DNA of 32,000 nucleotides from Mycobacterium tuberculosis H37Rv (GTDB lineage: Bacteria; Actinomycetota; Actinomycetes; Mycobacteriales; Mycobacteriaceae), in contig NC_000962.3 in NCBI RefSeq assembly GCF_000195955.2, forward strand, positions 240,001 through 272,000, given 5' to 3'. Shown here piece by piece: positions 1-9,037 of this stretch (positions are counted from its first letter, which is position 1; every line of letters starts with the position of its first letter). The notes below the pieces were generated by a model. It made no database searches. It saw only the letters and a program-made list of their open reading frames with translations, and was not told the DNA's origin. The position numbers and the translations under genes were made by a program.

Positions 1-1292
1 AACCTGACCAGCACCTGAACCGGGCCCAGCGCGCCCGGCCCCAGCGCTTGGGCCGCGGCCGCTGCGCCGGTGCGGATCTCGTGTGACGAGTCGAACTGGC
101 GCAGCAAGCTGTTGCCCAGCACCATCAAGGTTGCCGGTGCCGCCATGACAAGCAGCACGGTCGATGCCGCCAGTGCTGTGATCCAGGGTCGGCGCATCAC
201 CCACCCGACCCAGCGGGACCAGAACCAAGATTGCGTGCTTGCCGGCCGCCGCGACCAGTGCACTAACGCTGACCGCTTGGCCGCCGCGCGGGCAAATGTT
301 GCTAGCACGGCAGGTGTCAGGGTGGCCGACGTCAGCATCGCAACCGCGACCGCGAGAATCGCCCCGGTGGCCATCGATCTCAGCGCCGGGGTGTTGATCA
401 GGTAGATCCCGGTCAGCGACGCGATGACCGTCATACCGGACAACACCACAGCCAACCCCGAAGTGGCCATCGCGGCGTCGACCGCGTCGGGCGGCCGGCG
501 TCCGCAACGCAGTTCCTCGCGGTAGCGCATCAGGATGAACAGGGAGTAGTCGACGGCAAGCGCGATGCCGAACATCGAAACGGTCGATGTCACGAACACC
601 GACATGGTGGTGTGCATCGACAACACAAACACCAGGCCCATGGTGATGACGACCGTGCAAACGGCGAGTGCCAGCGGGATCGCTGCGGCGGCCAACGAGC
701 CGAAAACCGCAACCAGGACCATCAGAATGATAGGCAGGTTCCAGCGTTCGGCGTTGGCAATATCGTGTTTGGTGTTTGCCGCCGCGGCCGCGGACAGCGC
801 GCCCTGCCCGATGACATAGAGCCGCACTTTGCCGTTGGCAGTTTGCCCGGACTGATCGCCTTTGACGCCTATTCGGTCGCGCAGCTTTTTGGCGACGTCA
901 CTGGTGCCCGCGTTGCGGGCGTCCAGCCGCAGCGACACCACATACGGCCGGTCCGGTTGCGGGGGCCGTTGGGTGGGGTTGGGTGCCTCCGTCACCCCAG
1001 GCAGTTCGCTGGCTATTTGTCGCAGTAGCGCGACGGCATTGTCGATGTCTTGGTAGCTAGCATCCGGTCGGGGGGCCGCTACCAGCGCCAGCGCCGGGGC
1101 TCCCCGGTCCGGGTAGTGCGCGTCGAGTTGGTCGTGGACCAGCAATGACTGCGACCCGGCGACTTCGAAACCGCCACCGGTTAGATTCCCCGACTGCGTC
1201 ATCGCCAGGTAAACCGCCGGCACTAACGCCAGCAACCAACCCGTGAAGACCAACCAACGGCACCTGCGCAGGTTGCGGCTCAAGCGCATCAT
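1..1292 (-). CDS. mmpL11: MmpL11 (Rv0202c), MmpL/RND-family membrane transporter. N-terminal ~430 codons only; the gene continues past the left edge.
   Basis: Absent from the ORF track because its stop lies outside the window. The reverse complement of 1243-1292 reads MMRLSRNLRRCRWLVFT. In the same frame 541-602 reads SVFVTSTVSMFGIALAVDYSL (MMPL/RND signature), and the window edge reads AQALGPGALGPVQVLVR. This matches my recollection of Rv0202c. Confidence 0.9.
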   Translation of the reverse strand, partial: MMRLSRNLRRCRWLVFTGWLLALVPAVYLAMTQSGNLTGGGFEVAGSQSLLVHDQLDAHYPDRGAPALALVAAPRPDASYQDIDNAVALLRQIASELPGVTEAPNPTQRPPQPDRPYVVSLRLDARNAGTSDVAKKLRDRIGVKGDQSGQTANGKVRLYVIGQGALSAAAAANTKHDIANAERWNLPIILMVLVAVFGSLAAAAIPLALAVCTVVITMGLVFVLSMHTTMSVFVTSTVSMFGIALAVDYSLFILMRYREELRCGRRPPDAVDAAMATSGLAVVLSGMTVIASLTGIYLINTPALRSMATGAILAVAVAMLTSATLTPAVLATFARAAAKRSALVHWSRRPASTQSWFWSRWVGWVMRRPWITALAASTVLLVMAAPATLMVLGNSLLRQFDSSHEIRTGAAAAAQALGPGALGPVQVLVR

Positions 1293-1465
1293 GAACTGCT
1301 GGATTTCGGACTCCCCGTACTCTCGCGCAGTGCGTGCCCGCGAGCCTACCGAAGATCGCGTGCATGCGTTCGGCGTGGACCGCACAGCACCTGGAGTTGG
1401 CGGCGCCGAGGGCCGAGATGGCAGGATGACGGATCGTCGGGGGCGGGAACTCCCAGGCCGCCGGG

Positions 1466-1500
1466 CCGTCGCAAACCCGTCGCAAACCCGTCGCAAACCG
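1466..1500. repeat. Tandem direct repeat, three copies of the 11-bp unit CCGTCGCAAAC plus a partial fourth
   Basis: Read directly: ccgtcgcaaac ccgtcgcaaac ccgtcgcaaac cg. It ends 1 nt before the AAGGAG Shine-Dalgarno of Rv0203. Confidence 0.9.
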
Positions 1501-1513
1501 TAAGGAGTCATCC

Positions 1514-1924
1514 ATGAAGACAGGCACCGCGACGACGCGGCGCAGGCTGTTGGCAGTACTGATCGCCCTCGCGTTGCCGGGGGCCGCCGTTGCGCTGCTG
1601 GCCGAACCATCAGCGACCGGCGCGTCGGACCCGTGCGCGGCCAGCGAAGTGGCGAGGACGGTCGGTTCGGTCGCCAAGTCGATGGGCGACTACCTGGATT
1701 CACACCCAGAGACCAACCAGGTGATGACCGCGGTCTTGCAGCAGCAGGTAGGGCCGGGGTCGGTCGCATCGCTGAAGGCCCATTTCGAGGCGAATCCCAA
1801 GGTCGCATCGGATCTGCACGCGCTTTCGCAACCGCTGACCGATCTTTCGACTCGGTGCTCGCTGCCGATCAGCGGCCTGCAGGCGATCGGTTTGATGCAG
1901 GCGGTGCAGGGCGCCCGCCGGTAG
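1514..1924 (+). CDS. Rv0203, small secreted heme-binding protein (136 aa)
   Basis: ATG at 1514 is preceded by AAGGAG (1502-1507, 6-nt spacer). N-terminal signal peptide MKTGTATTRRRLLAVLIALALPGAAVA. Sequence recognised as Rv0203, located between mmpL11 and mmpL3. Confidence 0.9.
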   Translation: MKTGTATTRRRLLAVLIALALPGAAVALLAEPSATGASDPCAASEVARTVGSVAKSMGDYLDSHPETNQVMTAVLQQQVGPGSVASLKAHFEANPKVASDLHALSQPLTDLSTRCSLPISGLQAIGLMQAVQGARR

Positions 1925-1926
1925 AT

Positions 1927-1949
1927 GCCGGACCGCCGCCGGGTCCGGC
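1927..1949. terminator. GC-rich hairpin between convergent Rv0203 and Rv0204c; putative factor-independent terminator without a U-tract
   Basis: GCCGGACC (1927-1934) pairs with GGTCCGGC (1942-1949) around a 7-nt loop. It starts 3 nt after the Rv0203 stop codon. Confidence 0.4.
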
Positions 1950-1975
1950 GCAGTCGAGCGTGAGGCAGCGGTCGC

Positions 1976-3214
1976 CTACCGGGGCGGTGTCTCGCCGCCT
2001 TCTGGTCGCAGGTCAGGGGTCGGCGCTGGACCTTGCGGTGTGGTTTCGACCGGGTCGTCGCAGGGTGTGCCCTGCGGTTGGATGACAAGTCGCAGGTTTG
2101 GATCGGTTGGCGGGTCGCGATCGTTGTCGGAATCGGCGGTGCTCTCGGTGCGGAACATGAAGAAGAACACCACCCAGCCGATTGCGGCGATGAGCAGCCA
2201 GCTGATCAGCCGGTAGATCAACATCGCCGAGATGGCACTCGGCAAGGGCATGCCGCTGGATACCAGGCCGGGTACCAGCACCGCCTCGACCACCAACAGA
2301 CCACCGGGCATCAGCGGTATGGTGCCGACCGCGCGGGCGGCGGCGTAGGCGACCGCCAGCCCACCGACCGAGGCATGGTCGCCGGCGGCGTACGCGGCGA
2401 AACCGAGGCAGGCTACGTCGGCGATCCAGTTGAACAACGACCAACCGAACGCCACGCCCAGGTCGCGCCTGCCCAGGCTGACCGATTCCAGCTGCATGAG
2501 CGTCTCGCGCCACTTCGGTAGGCCGGCATCGGCCGGCCTACCGCGAACCGAGTTGGCCCACGACAAAACTCTCCTGCCGATCCCCTCGATGAGCTCCGGC
2601 CGCGACGCCACCGCCTGGGCCAGTAGCAGCAATGTGACGAAGCCGCCCAGGGTGAACAGCAGTGAGAACGGGTTGTTCTTGGCGCCCAGGAAGAATGCGC
2701 CACCCAACCCGAGCAATGCCAAGCCCACCGCCTGCAACACGCCCGACATGACCAGCTGCCATGACGCCACCACCGTCGAGGCGCCCCAGATGCGTTGCTG
2801 ACGGAGTAAGAACGTAGCCGACAACACCGGCCCACCCGGCAGCGTGGTGCTCAGCGAGTTGGCGGCGTAGAAGGCGGCCTCCGACCGCCATTGCTTGACG
2901 TGCACCCCGGCGGATTTCAGCAGGGTTCGCTGAATCTGGGCGAAGCTGTGCATCGAGGCGCCCGCGGCTGCCACCGCGGCCAGCAACCACCACCACTTGG
3001 CGCGATACAAGCTCACCCAGGCCTTGGCGAGCTGGTCCCAGCCCAACGCCACCTCTATAGCAAGCACGATTGCGACGATGGCCAGTACCGCCCATCGCAA
3101 CCACCAGTACTTGCCGCGCGGGGGTACGCCCTCAGCGGGGGGTGCCCCCACCCGCGTGCGAGGGAGTGCCCCCACGCGCTGGCGGAGGTTGCGGGCGGGG
3201 GCGTCGTGCGACAC
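1976..3214 (-). CDS. Rv0204c, polytopic membrane protein of the UPF0104 / LPG-synthase-TM (MprF flippase-like) family
   Basis: ORF 1976-3259. About 8 hydrophobic segments and a family-type motif, IPLMPGGLLVVEAVLV. I place the start at GTG 3214 (412 aa) because a TACCCT -10 hexamer lies 7 nt upstream. ATG 3259 (427 aa) is the alternative. Confidence 0.8.
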   Translation of the reverse strand: MSHDAPARNLRQRVGALPRTRVGAPPAEGVPPRGKYWWLRWAVLAIVAIVLAIEVALGWDQLAKAWVSLYRAKWWWLLAAVAAAGASMHSFAQIQRTLLKSAGVHVKQWRSEAAFYAANSLSTTLPGGPVLSATFLLRQQRIWGASTVVASWQLVMSGVLQAVGLALLGLGGAFFLGAKNNPFSLLFTLGGFVTLLLLAQAVASRPELIEGIGRRVLSWANSVRGRPADAGLPKWRETLMQLESVSLGRRDLGVAFGWSLFNWIADVACLGFAAYAAGDHASVGGLAVAYAAARAVGTIPLMPGGLLVVEAVLVPGLVSSGMPLPSAISAMLIYRLISWLLIAAIGWVVFFFMFRTESTADSDNDRDPPTDPNLRLVIQPQGTPCDDPVETTPQGPAPTPDLRPEGGETPPR

Positions 3215-3221
3215 GTGCTTA

Positions 3222-3227
3222 AGGGTA
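3222..3227 (-). promoter_or_regulatory. Candidate -10 hexamer (TACCCT, TANNNT class) for a leaderless Rv0204c transcript
   Basis: The minus strand reads TACCCT-taagcac-GTG, which puts 7 nt between the hexamer and the start codon. Confidence 0.4.
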
Positions 3228-3371
3228 ACCGTGCAGGTGGCGCCGTAATCGCGATACATCGCTAACCGTGTCAGCCTCGTTGGGGGGTCGTGACCGGATC
3301 GTGCCGCCTGGCAAAGTAACTATGCGGGCTCGACGCGACCCGCCGCGACCTTACGACGCCGCCGTTCCCGT

Positions 3372-3377
3372 TACGCT
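3372..3377 (+). promoter_or_regulatory. Candidate -10 hexamer (TACGCT) for a leaderless Rv0205 transcript
   Basis: The plus strand reads TACGCT-tgccgg-ATG (6-nt spacer). No Shine-Dalgarno is present. Confidence 0.45.
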
Positions 3378-3383
3378 TGCCGG

Positions 3384-4487
3384 ATGTCGGCGAGCCTGGA
3401 TGACGCTTCGGTCGCACCGCTGGTTCGCAAGACCGCGGCCTGGGCGTGGCGGTTCTTGGTCATCCTGGCCGCGATGGTCGCGCTGCTGTGGGTCCTCAAC
3501 AAGTTTGAGGTCATCGTCGTCCCGGTGTTGCTGGCGCTGATGTTGAGTGCGTTGCTGGTGCCGCCGGTGGATTGGCTGGACTCCCGGGGCCTGCCGCACG
3601 CTGTCGCGGTGACGCTGGTCTTGTTGAGCGGTTTCGCGGTTCTCGGCGGCATCCTGACGTTCGTCGTCAGCCAATTCATCGCGGGGTTGCCGCATCTGGT
3701 CACCGAGGTTGAGCGCAGCATCGACTCCGCGCGCAGATGGCTGATCGAAGGCCCGGCGCACTTGCGCGGCGAACAGATCGACAACGCGGGCAACGCCGCG
3801 ATCGAGGCGCTGCGCAACAACCAGGCGAAGCTGACCAGTGGCGCATTGTCGACTGCAGCCACCATTACCGAGCTGGTTACCGCGGCGGTGCTGGTACTGT
3901 TCACGCTCATTTTCTTCCTCTACGGGGGCCGGAGCATCTGGCAGTACGTCACGAAGGCCTTCCCGGCCAGCGTCCGTGACAGAGTGCGTGCGGCGGGGCG
4001 CGCCGGTTATGCGTCGCTGATCGGGTACGCGCGGGCCACCTTCCTAGTGGCATTGACCGATGCGGCCGGGGTGGGCGCGGGGCTGGCGGTGATGGGTGTG
4101 CCGCTGGCATTACCGCTGGCCTCGCTGGTGTTTTTCGGTGCCTTCATTCCGTTGATCGGTGCCGTGGTCGCCGGGTTTCTGGCCGTGGTGGTGGCCCTGC
4201 TGGCCAAGGGCATTGGCTACGCGCTGATCACGGTCGGTTTGCTAATCGCGGTGAACCAACTTGAGGCCCATTTACTGCAGCCGCTGGTGATGGGTCGGGC
4301 GGTGTCGATTCACCCGCTGGCCGTGGTGCTGGCCATTGCCGCTGGCGGTGTGCTTGCCGGAGTCGTCGGCGCCCTGTTGGCCGTCCCGACGGTCGCTTTC
4401 TTCAACAATGCGGTGCAGGTGCTGCTGGGCGGGAATCCGTTCGCCGACGTGGCAGACGTTTCTTCCGATCACCTCACCGAGGTTTAA
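3384..4487 (+). CDS. Rv0205, AI-2E / PerM (UPF0118) family membrane transporter (367 aa)
   Basis: Complete ORF with multiple TM segments. The C-terminal block [45 protein letters not shown] is typical of the AI-2E family. Confidence 0.9.
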
Positions 4488-7318
4488 AGGCGTCCTTCGC
4501 GGCGAAGCAGATCCTGGGCGGACAGGGCGCCGCCGCCGCGGCGGCGCTGACGCGTCTTATCGCTCGTGCCGCGGGCATTCAGCTGCTCAGTGGCTGCCTC
4601 TGAGTCGTCGCCGTCCGACCGTATGATTGGCAGGGCCGCGGTGGGTTCGGCCGGGTCACCGGCTGCGTCTGTGGAGCGGTTCGCCGCAAGCGGCATAGCC
4701 CGGGTCTGACCGGCAGACGGGGCCGATGGCGGGGTCGGGGTTGGTGGCGGCGTGGATGCTGGCGACTGCACGGACCGACCGGCAGCCGCGAGGCGGGTTG
4801 TCGGCGGCTCCGTCGACGACCCGATCTGCATCCGTGTGGTGCTCGCCCCAGACGGCGCCGCCGGCGCGGCAGTTGCTTCCAGGGCAGGCGTGAGCTCCGG
4901 TGAGCTTGCTGGACTCGAGCGGGCCGGTCGAGGTGACTCCGCCAGCGGATGGGTCGGATCGTGCGGTGGGCGCGGGTCCCCAGCGGCGCGCGCCGCAACC
5001 AGCCCAGCTGTGACCGGAGGACGTGCGGGACGCCCGTTGCTGACGGGCCGCTTGCGCTCGTCGGGCAGGTGGATCTCGCCCAGCCCGATGCGGGTCTGCA
5101 GGCGTCTGGCCCAGCGCGGTGCCCACCAGCAGTCATCGCCGAGCAGCTTCATCACCGATGGCACTAAAAACATCCGCACCACGGTCGCGTCCAGCAGCAG
5201 CGCCGCCATCAGTCCAAAGGCCAGATACTTCATCATCACCAGGTCGGAGAACACGAACGCGCCCGCGACGACGGCAACAATCAGCGCCGCGGCGGTAATG
5301 ATGCGTCCGGTGGCTGCGGTGCCGATCCGGATCGCCTCCTGGGTCGACATGCCGCGCTCTCGCGCCTCGACCATCCGGGACACCAAGAACACCTCGTAGT
5401 CGGTGGATAGGCCGAAGACCAGCGCGATGATCAGCCCGATCACCGGCGCTGTCAGCGGGGTCGGCGTGAAATTCAGCCACTTCGAAAAGTGTCCGTCGAC
5501 GAATATCCACGTCAGGATGCCCATGGTGGACCCGAGCGTCAGAGCGCTCATCAGCGTCGCCTTGATTGGCAGCACCACCGAGCCGAACGCCAAGAACATC
5601 AAGACGATCGTGGTGGTCAGCAGGATGACCACCATCAGCGGCATCTTCGCGAACAGGCCGTGGATTGAATCCAGCTCCAGGGCGGGAGTTCCACCGACCA
5701 AGACCGTGATTCCTTTGGGCGGGGTGATCGCGCGCAGCTCGGTGAGCTTCTTCGACGCGTCAGCCGGGTTGATCAACCCGTTCTGCAGGACGCGCACCGA
5801 TGGATCTTTAGATGCGCCTACCGCGTAGGCACGCTCTTGCCACATATTCGCCGGATCGTTGTCCGGCTCGATGAATCCGCCGATCGCCATCGCCTTGCTG
5901 CGGATGTCAGCGATCTGCGCGTCGGTGACCGGTTGATGGTTGCTGGTCTGGATCACCAGTGTCAGCGGATTGGTGCGGTATCCGGGGAAGAGTTTGTCGA
6001 ACTCCTCCTGCGCCTGGCGCACCGAATTGGTCGGCGGCAAGTACTTCTCGCTGATCCCGCCCAATGACAGCTTGCCCACCGGGATAATCAGCAAAATCAT
6101 GATGATGACGATCGGTGCGGCGAACAGCACTGGGCGCTTCATCACCCGGTTAACCAGCTTGCCCCAGAAGCCGGCTTCGACCTCTTCGCGGGTCTTGGTC
6201 CGCTGCAGGCGGTCGGCGAGCCAGTTCAGGTAGGCGGCCGAAATCTTCCAGTTCGCCAGGAAGGGCACCCGGAACAGGGTCCGCACGCCGAGCGCGTCGA
6301 CGTGTTTGCCCAGGATCCCCAGACAGGCCGGCAACACGGTGATAGACAGGATGGCCGACAGCATCACCGATGCGATCGTGGCGTAGGTCAGCGACTTCAG
6401 GAAACCCTGCGGGAAGAGCAGCAGACCGATCGCCGACGCGACGATCAACACCGCCGAGAACGTCACCGTGCGTCCGGCGGTGATCACCGTGCGCCGTACT
6501 GCCGTCTCGGTGTCGTAGCCTTCGGCGATCTCTTCGCGGAACCGGCTCACGATGAACAACCCGTAGTCGATGGCGATCCCCAGACCGATCAGCGACACCA
6601 CGGGCTGGGCGAAATAGTGCACGGGACCGAAGATCGCGAGGAACCGCATGATGCCCAGCGCGCCGGCGATGCACAGCCCTCCGACCATCACCGGTAGGCC
6701 GGCGGCGATCACGCCGCCGAACACGAAGAACAACACCACCGCCACCAACGGCAGCGCCAGCACTTCCATTCGCCGTTGGTCGGTGGCGATGGTGCCGGTC
6801 AACGCCTCGGCCACCGGTTGCAGCCCGGCGAGCTTCACCGTGCCTCCGTCGAGCCGCTGCAGGTCGGGTGCGATGGCCTTGTAGTTGTTGAGGATGGTGT
6901 CGTCGTCATCACCCTTGAGCGGGATGGAAACGAAGGTGTACTTCTTGTCGGCGGTGGCCATGCCGGTCGCCTGACTCGCTCTCAGGTAGCCGGCCCATCC
7001 CAAGACCTGGTCGGGGTGATCCTGCTGGAACCGGTTGAGCTCGTCGACGACCTTCTTTGACCAGGCCGGGTCGTCAACGGTCTTGCCGGCTGGGGCTTGG
7101 AAGATCGCGACGATGTGACCGCTTCGGTCTCGGCCGTAGACCTGGTCGCCCAGCACCGATGCTTGCACCGATTGGCTGCCGTCGTCGTAGAAGCCGCTCT
7201 GCGTGACGTGCTTGCCGAGGCTCAGCCCGAAAACGCCGCCGCCGAGGCATAGAGCGACCATGACCCCGATTACGATGAACCGGTAGCGGTACACAGTTCG
7301 ACCCCACCAGGCGAACAC
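4484..7318 (-). CDS. mmpL3: MmpL3 (Rv0206c), essential trehalose monomycolate transporter (944 aa)
   Basis: 944-aa ORF. GTG start preceded by AAGGAG (minus strand, 7324-7329). RND/MMPL motifs ([19 protein letters not shown]; [12 protein letters not shown]) and a long Pro/Ala/Ser/Thr-rich C-terminal tail. Recognised sequence. Confidence 0.97.
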
Positions 7319-7383
7319 GTAAGCTCCTTACTGGATCGGCAGCGACCCGCGTATTGCTTTTTGGTTGTCACACACGTCGGCTG

Positions 7384-8118
7384 TCACACTCGCGAGGTCA
7401 ACAGCGAGGACAGCGGCCGGAACGGCTGCAGCCAAGCCCCCTGCTCAGGTAGCGAATCGAGGCCGATTCGAGGTAGTGGTTCCCGGAAAACACCAGCGAT
7501 GTCCTCCAGGTCGACGAACTCCAAGGTATCCGACGCTAGCGCCCAACTGGCGTGTTCACGAAATCCGAGCACTTGAACTGGGGTTCCGCTGCGGGCGACC
7601 GCCTCCAACGGTTGGCGGAATGCCTGACCGTCGGCCGACGCCACCACCAGCGCGGCGAGCCCTTCGCGGTAGCGCTCGTCGATGTGCGCCAACATGTCGC
7701 GGTCAACGTCGCTGTCCTCGTCTACTTTCGGTTTGGCGAAGACGGCGAATCCGACATTGCGCAACGCGTCCACCCACGGCCGGACCACCTCGGCGCTGCC
7801 AGGGGCGATGTTGGTGAAGACGGTGGCCTCCGGTTCGGTCGAGATGCCTGGACGGCCGGCCACAATCTCTGCGGTTCGGGCCAGCAGCCAGCGTCCCAGG
7901 GCGTCGAATCGTGGTCGTTCCAGTGCTGTCGGCCGGCGGCCCAAGATGGAGCCCAAACCCATGTCGAGGTTGGGAGCGTCCCACACCAGCAATACCCGTG
8001 CCCCCGGCGCACCGAGACTGGTCAGCCCGTCCTGCGATAAGTCTTCCGCCAGTACCGAGTGCCGGGCGAGGGATTCAGATGTTTGTGAAGTCACGTCTTC
8101 GGTCAGGCTCATCATCAT
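7384..8118 (-). CDS. Rv0207c, NYN / LabA-like domain protein (predicted RNA-binding or RNase fold)
   Basis: NYN-type blocks are present: ARVLLVWDAPNL, GFAVFAKPKVDEDSDVDRDML, ALVVASADGQAFRQPLEAVARSGTPVQVLGF. Three consecutive ATGs lie at 8118, 8115 and 8112. The first forms an ATGA overlap with the trmB stop; the third would give 242 aa. Confidence 0.85.
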   Translation of the reverse strand: MMMSLTEDVTSQTSESLARHSVLAEDLSQDGLTSLGAPGARVLLVWDAPNLDMGLGSILGRRPTALERPRFDALGRWLLARTAEIVAGRPGISTEPEATVFTNIAPGSAEVVRPWVDALRNVGFAVFAKPKVDEDSDVDRDMLAHIDERYREGLAALVVASADGQAFRQPLEAVARSGTPVQVLGFREHASWALASDTLEFVDLEDIAGVFREPLPRIGLDSLPEQGAWLQPFRPLSSLLTSRV

Positions 8119-8906
8119 CTAATTTTCAGGTCTCTTTCAGAGCAACCGTGCTTTTTCCATAACAACTCGATGACTGCGCCGCCCCCAAGCTGGGCTTTCC
8201 TCTCGTACTTGGTAGCCGGTCGGACGACCGAAATCGGCAGCAGTTCGGTGTCGGGGTCGACGCGAACCAGCCGGGGTTCGGCGTCGCCGGCCGCGGCGAT
8301 GTGCTCGGCGTAGCCGGGATGGTCGGTCGCGGCGTGCAGCACACCACTGGGAACGAGCCGGTCTGCGATCAAGGCCATGGTGGCCGGCTGTAACAGGCGG
8401 CGCTTATGGTGGCGTGCCTTCGGCCACGGATCGGGGAAGAAGACTCGAACACCGCACAACGAATCGGGGGCGATCAAGTGTTGCAGCACGTCGACGGCAT
8501 TGCCAAGGATCAGCCGGATGTTGATCCCGTCGGAGCCCACTTTGTCAATCGCGCAGAGCAGCTGAGCCAGCCCGCGGCGATAGACGTCCACAGCGATCAC
8601 GTCGACATGGGGTTCGGCCTTCGCCATCGCCAGCGTCGACGTGCCGCTGCCGGAGCCGATCTCCAACACCACCGGCGCGTCACGGCCAAACCAGGCACGG
8701 GTATCCACCGGTGTCCCGCGCGGGGATTGAGGTAGCGCCAGGAGGCCAAGCTCCGGCCAAAGTCGCTCCCAGGTCTCGCGTTGGGCCTTGGAGATCCCCG
8801 ACCGCCGCGACCGGATGCTCGTGCTGGGGAGCTGGCCCGATGCCACCGGTGTGTCGGGACGTAGCCCTACCCCGGGTTGCGCATGCATTTGTCCATGGTG
8901 GACCAT
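8115..8906 (-). CDS. trmB: tRNA (guanine46-N7)-methyltransferase TrmB (Rv0208c, 263 aa)
   Basis: SAM motif VLEIGSGSGTSTLAMA and TrmB hallmark FFPDPWPKARHHKRR. I start at ATG 8906 (MVHHGQ...). The 114 upstream codons of the maximal ORF are Arg/Pro-rich and would overlap Rv0209. Confidence 0.85.
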   Translation of the reverse strand: MVHHGQMHAQPGVGLRPDTPVASGQLPSTSIRSRRSGISKAQRETWERLWPELGLLALPQSPRGTPVDTRAWFGRDAPVVLEIGSGSGTSTLAMAKAEPHVDVIAVDVYRRGLAQLLCAIDKVGSDGINIRLILGNAVDVLQHLIAPDSLCGVRVFFPDPWPKARHHKRRLLQPATMALIADRLVPSGVLHAATDHPGYAEHIAAAGDAEPRLVRVDPDTELLPISVVRPATKYERKAQLGGGAVIELLWKKHGCSERDLKIR

Positions 8907-9037
8907 CAGCGCCCGGCGTAGCCGCCCCTGGTCCAGATTGATACCCAACAGTTGCCTTCGGCGGGTAGCGGACAACTGCTGACTCGCGCCTCGGCGGCGA
9001 GGGTGCCACCATTCTGAACGAACCGATCGGGTGGGAG

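Noticed and set aside
1057-1677. 206-aa minus-strand ORF spanning the mmpL11 5' end, the intergenic region and the Rv0203 start; also the 86-aa plus-strand ORF 1243-1503
   Set aside because: It is out of frame with the verified mmpL11 reading frame and antisense to Rv0203. The composition is low-complexity Ala/Arg/Gly. The true mmpL11 start (MMRLSRNL) is at 1292.
3142-3175. 10-bp direct repeat GTGCCCCCAC x2, spaced 24 bp apart, inside the 5' part of Rv0204c
   Set aside because: It lies in coding sequence and simply encodes a repeated RVGA(L/P)P peptide in a low-complexity N-terminal region. There is no evidence of function.
8949-8978. Imperfect inverted repeat CAGTTGCC / GGACAACTG in the trmB-Rv0209 divergent spacer
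   Set aside because: It is short and bulged (8 bp with one unpaired base), which is easily produced by chance. There is no second copy or flanking promoter signal to support an operator call.
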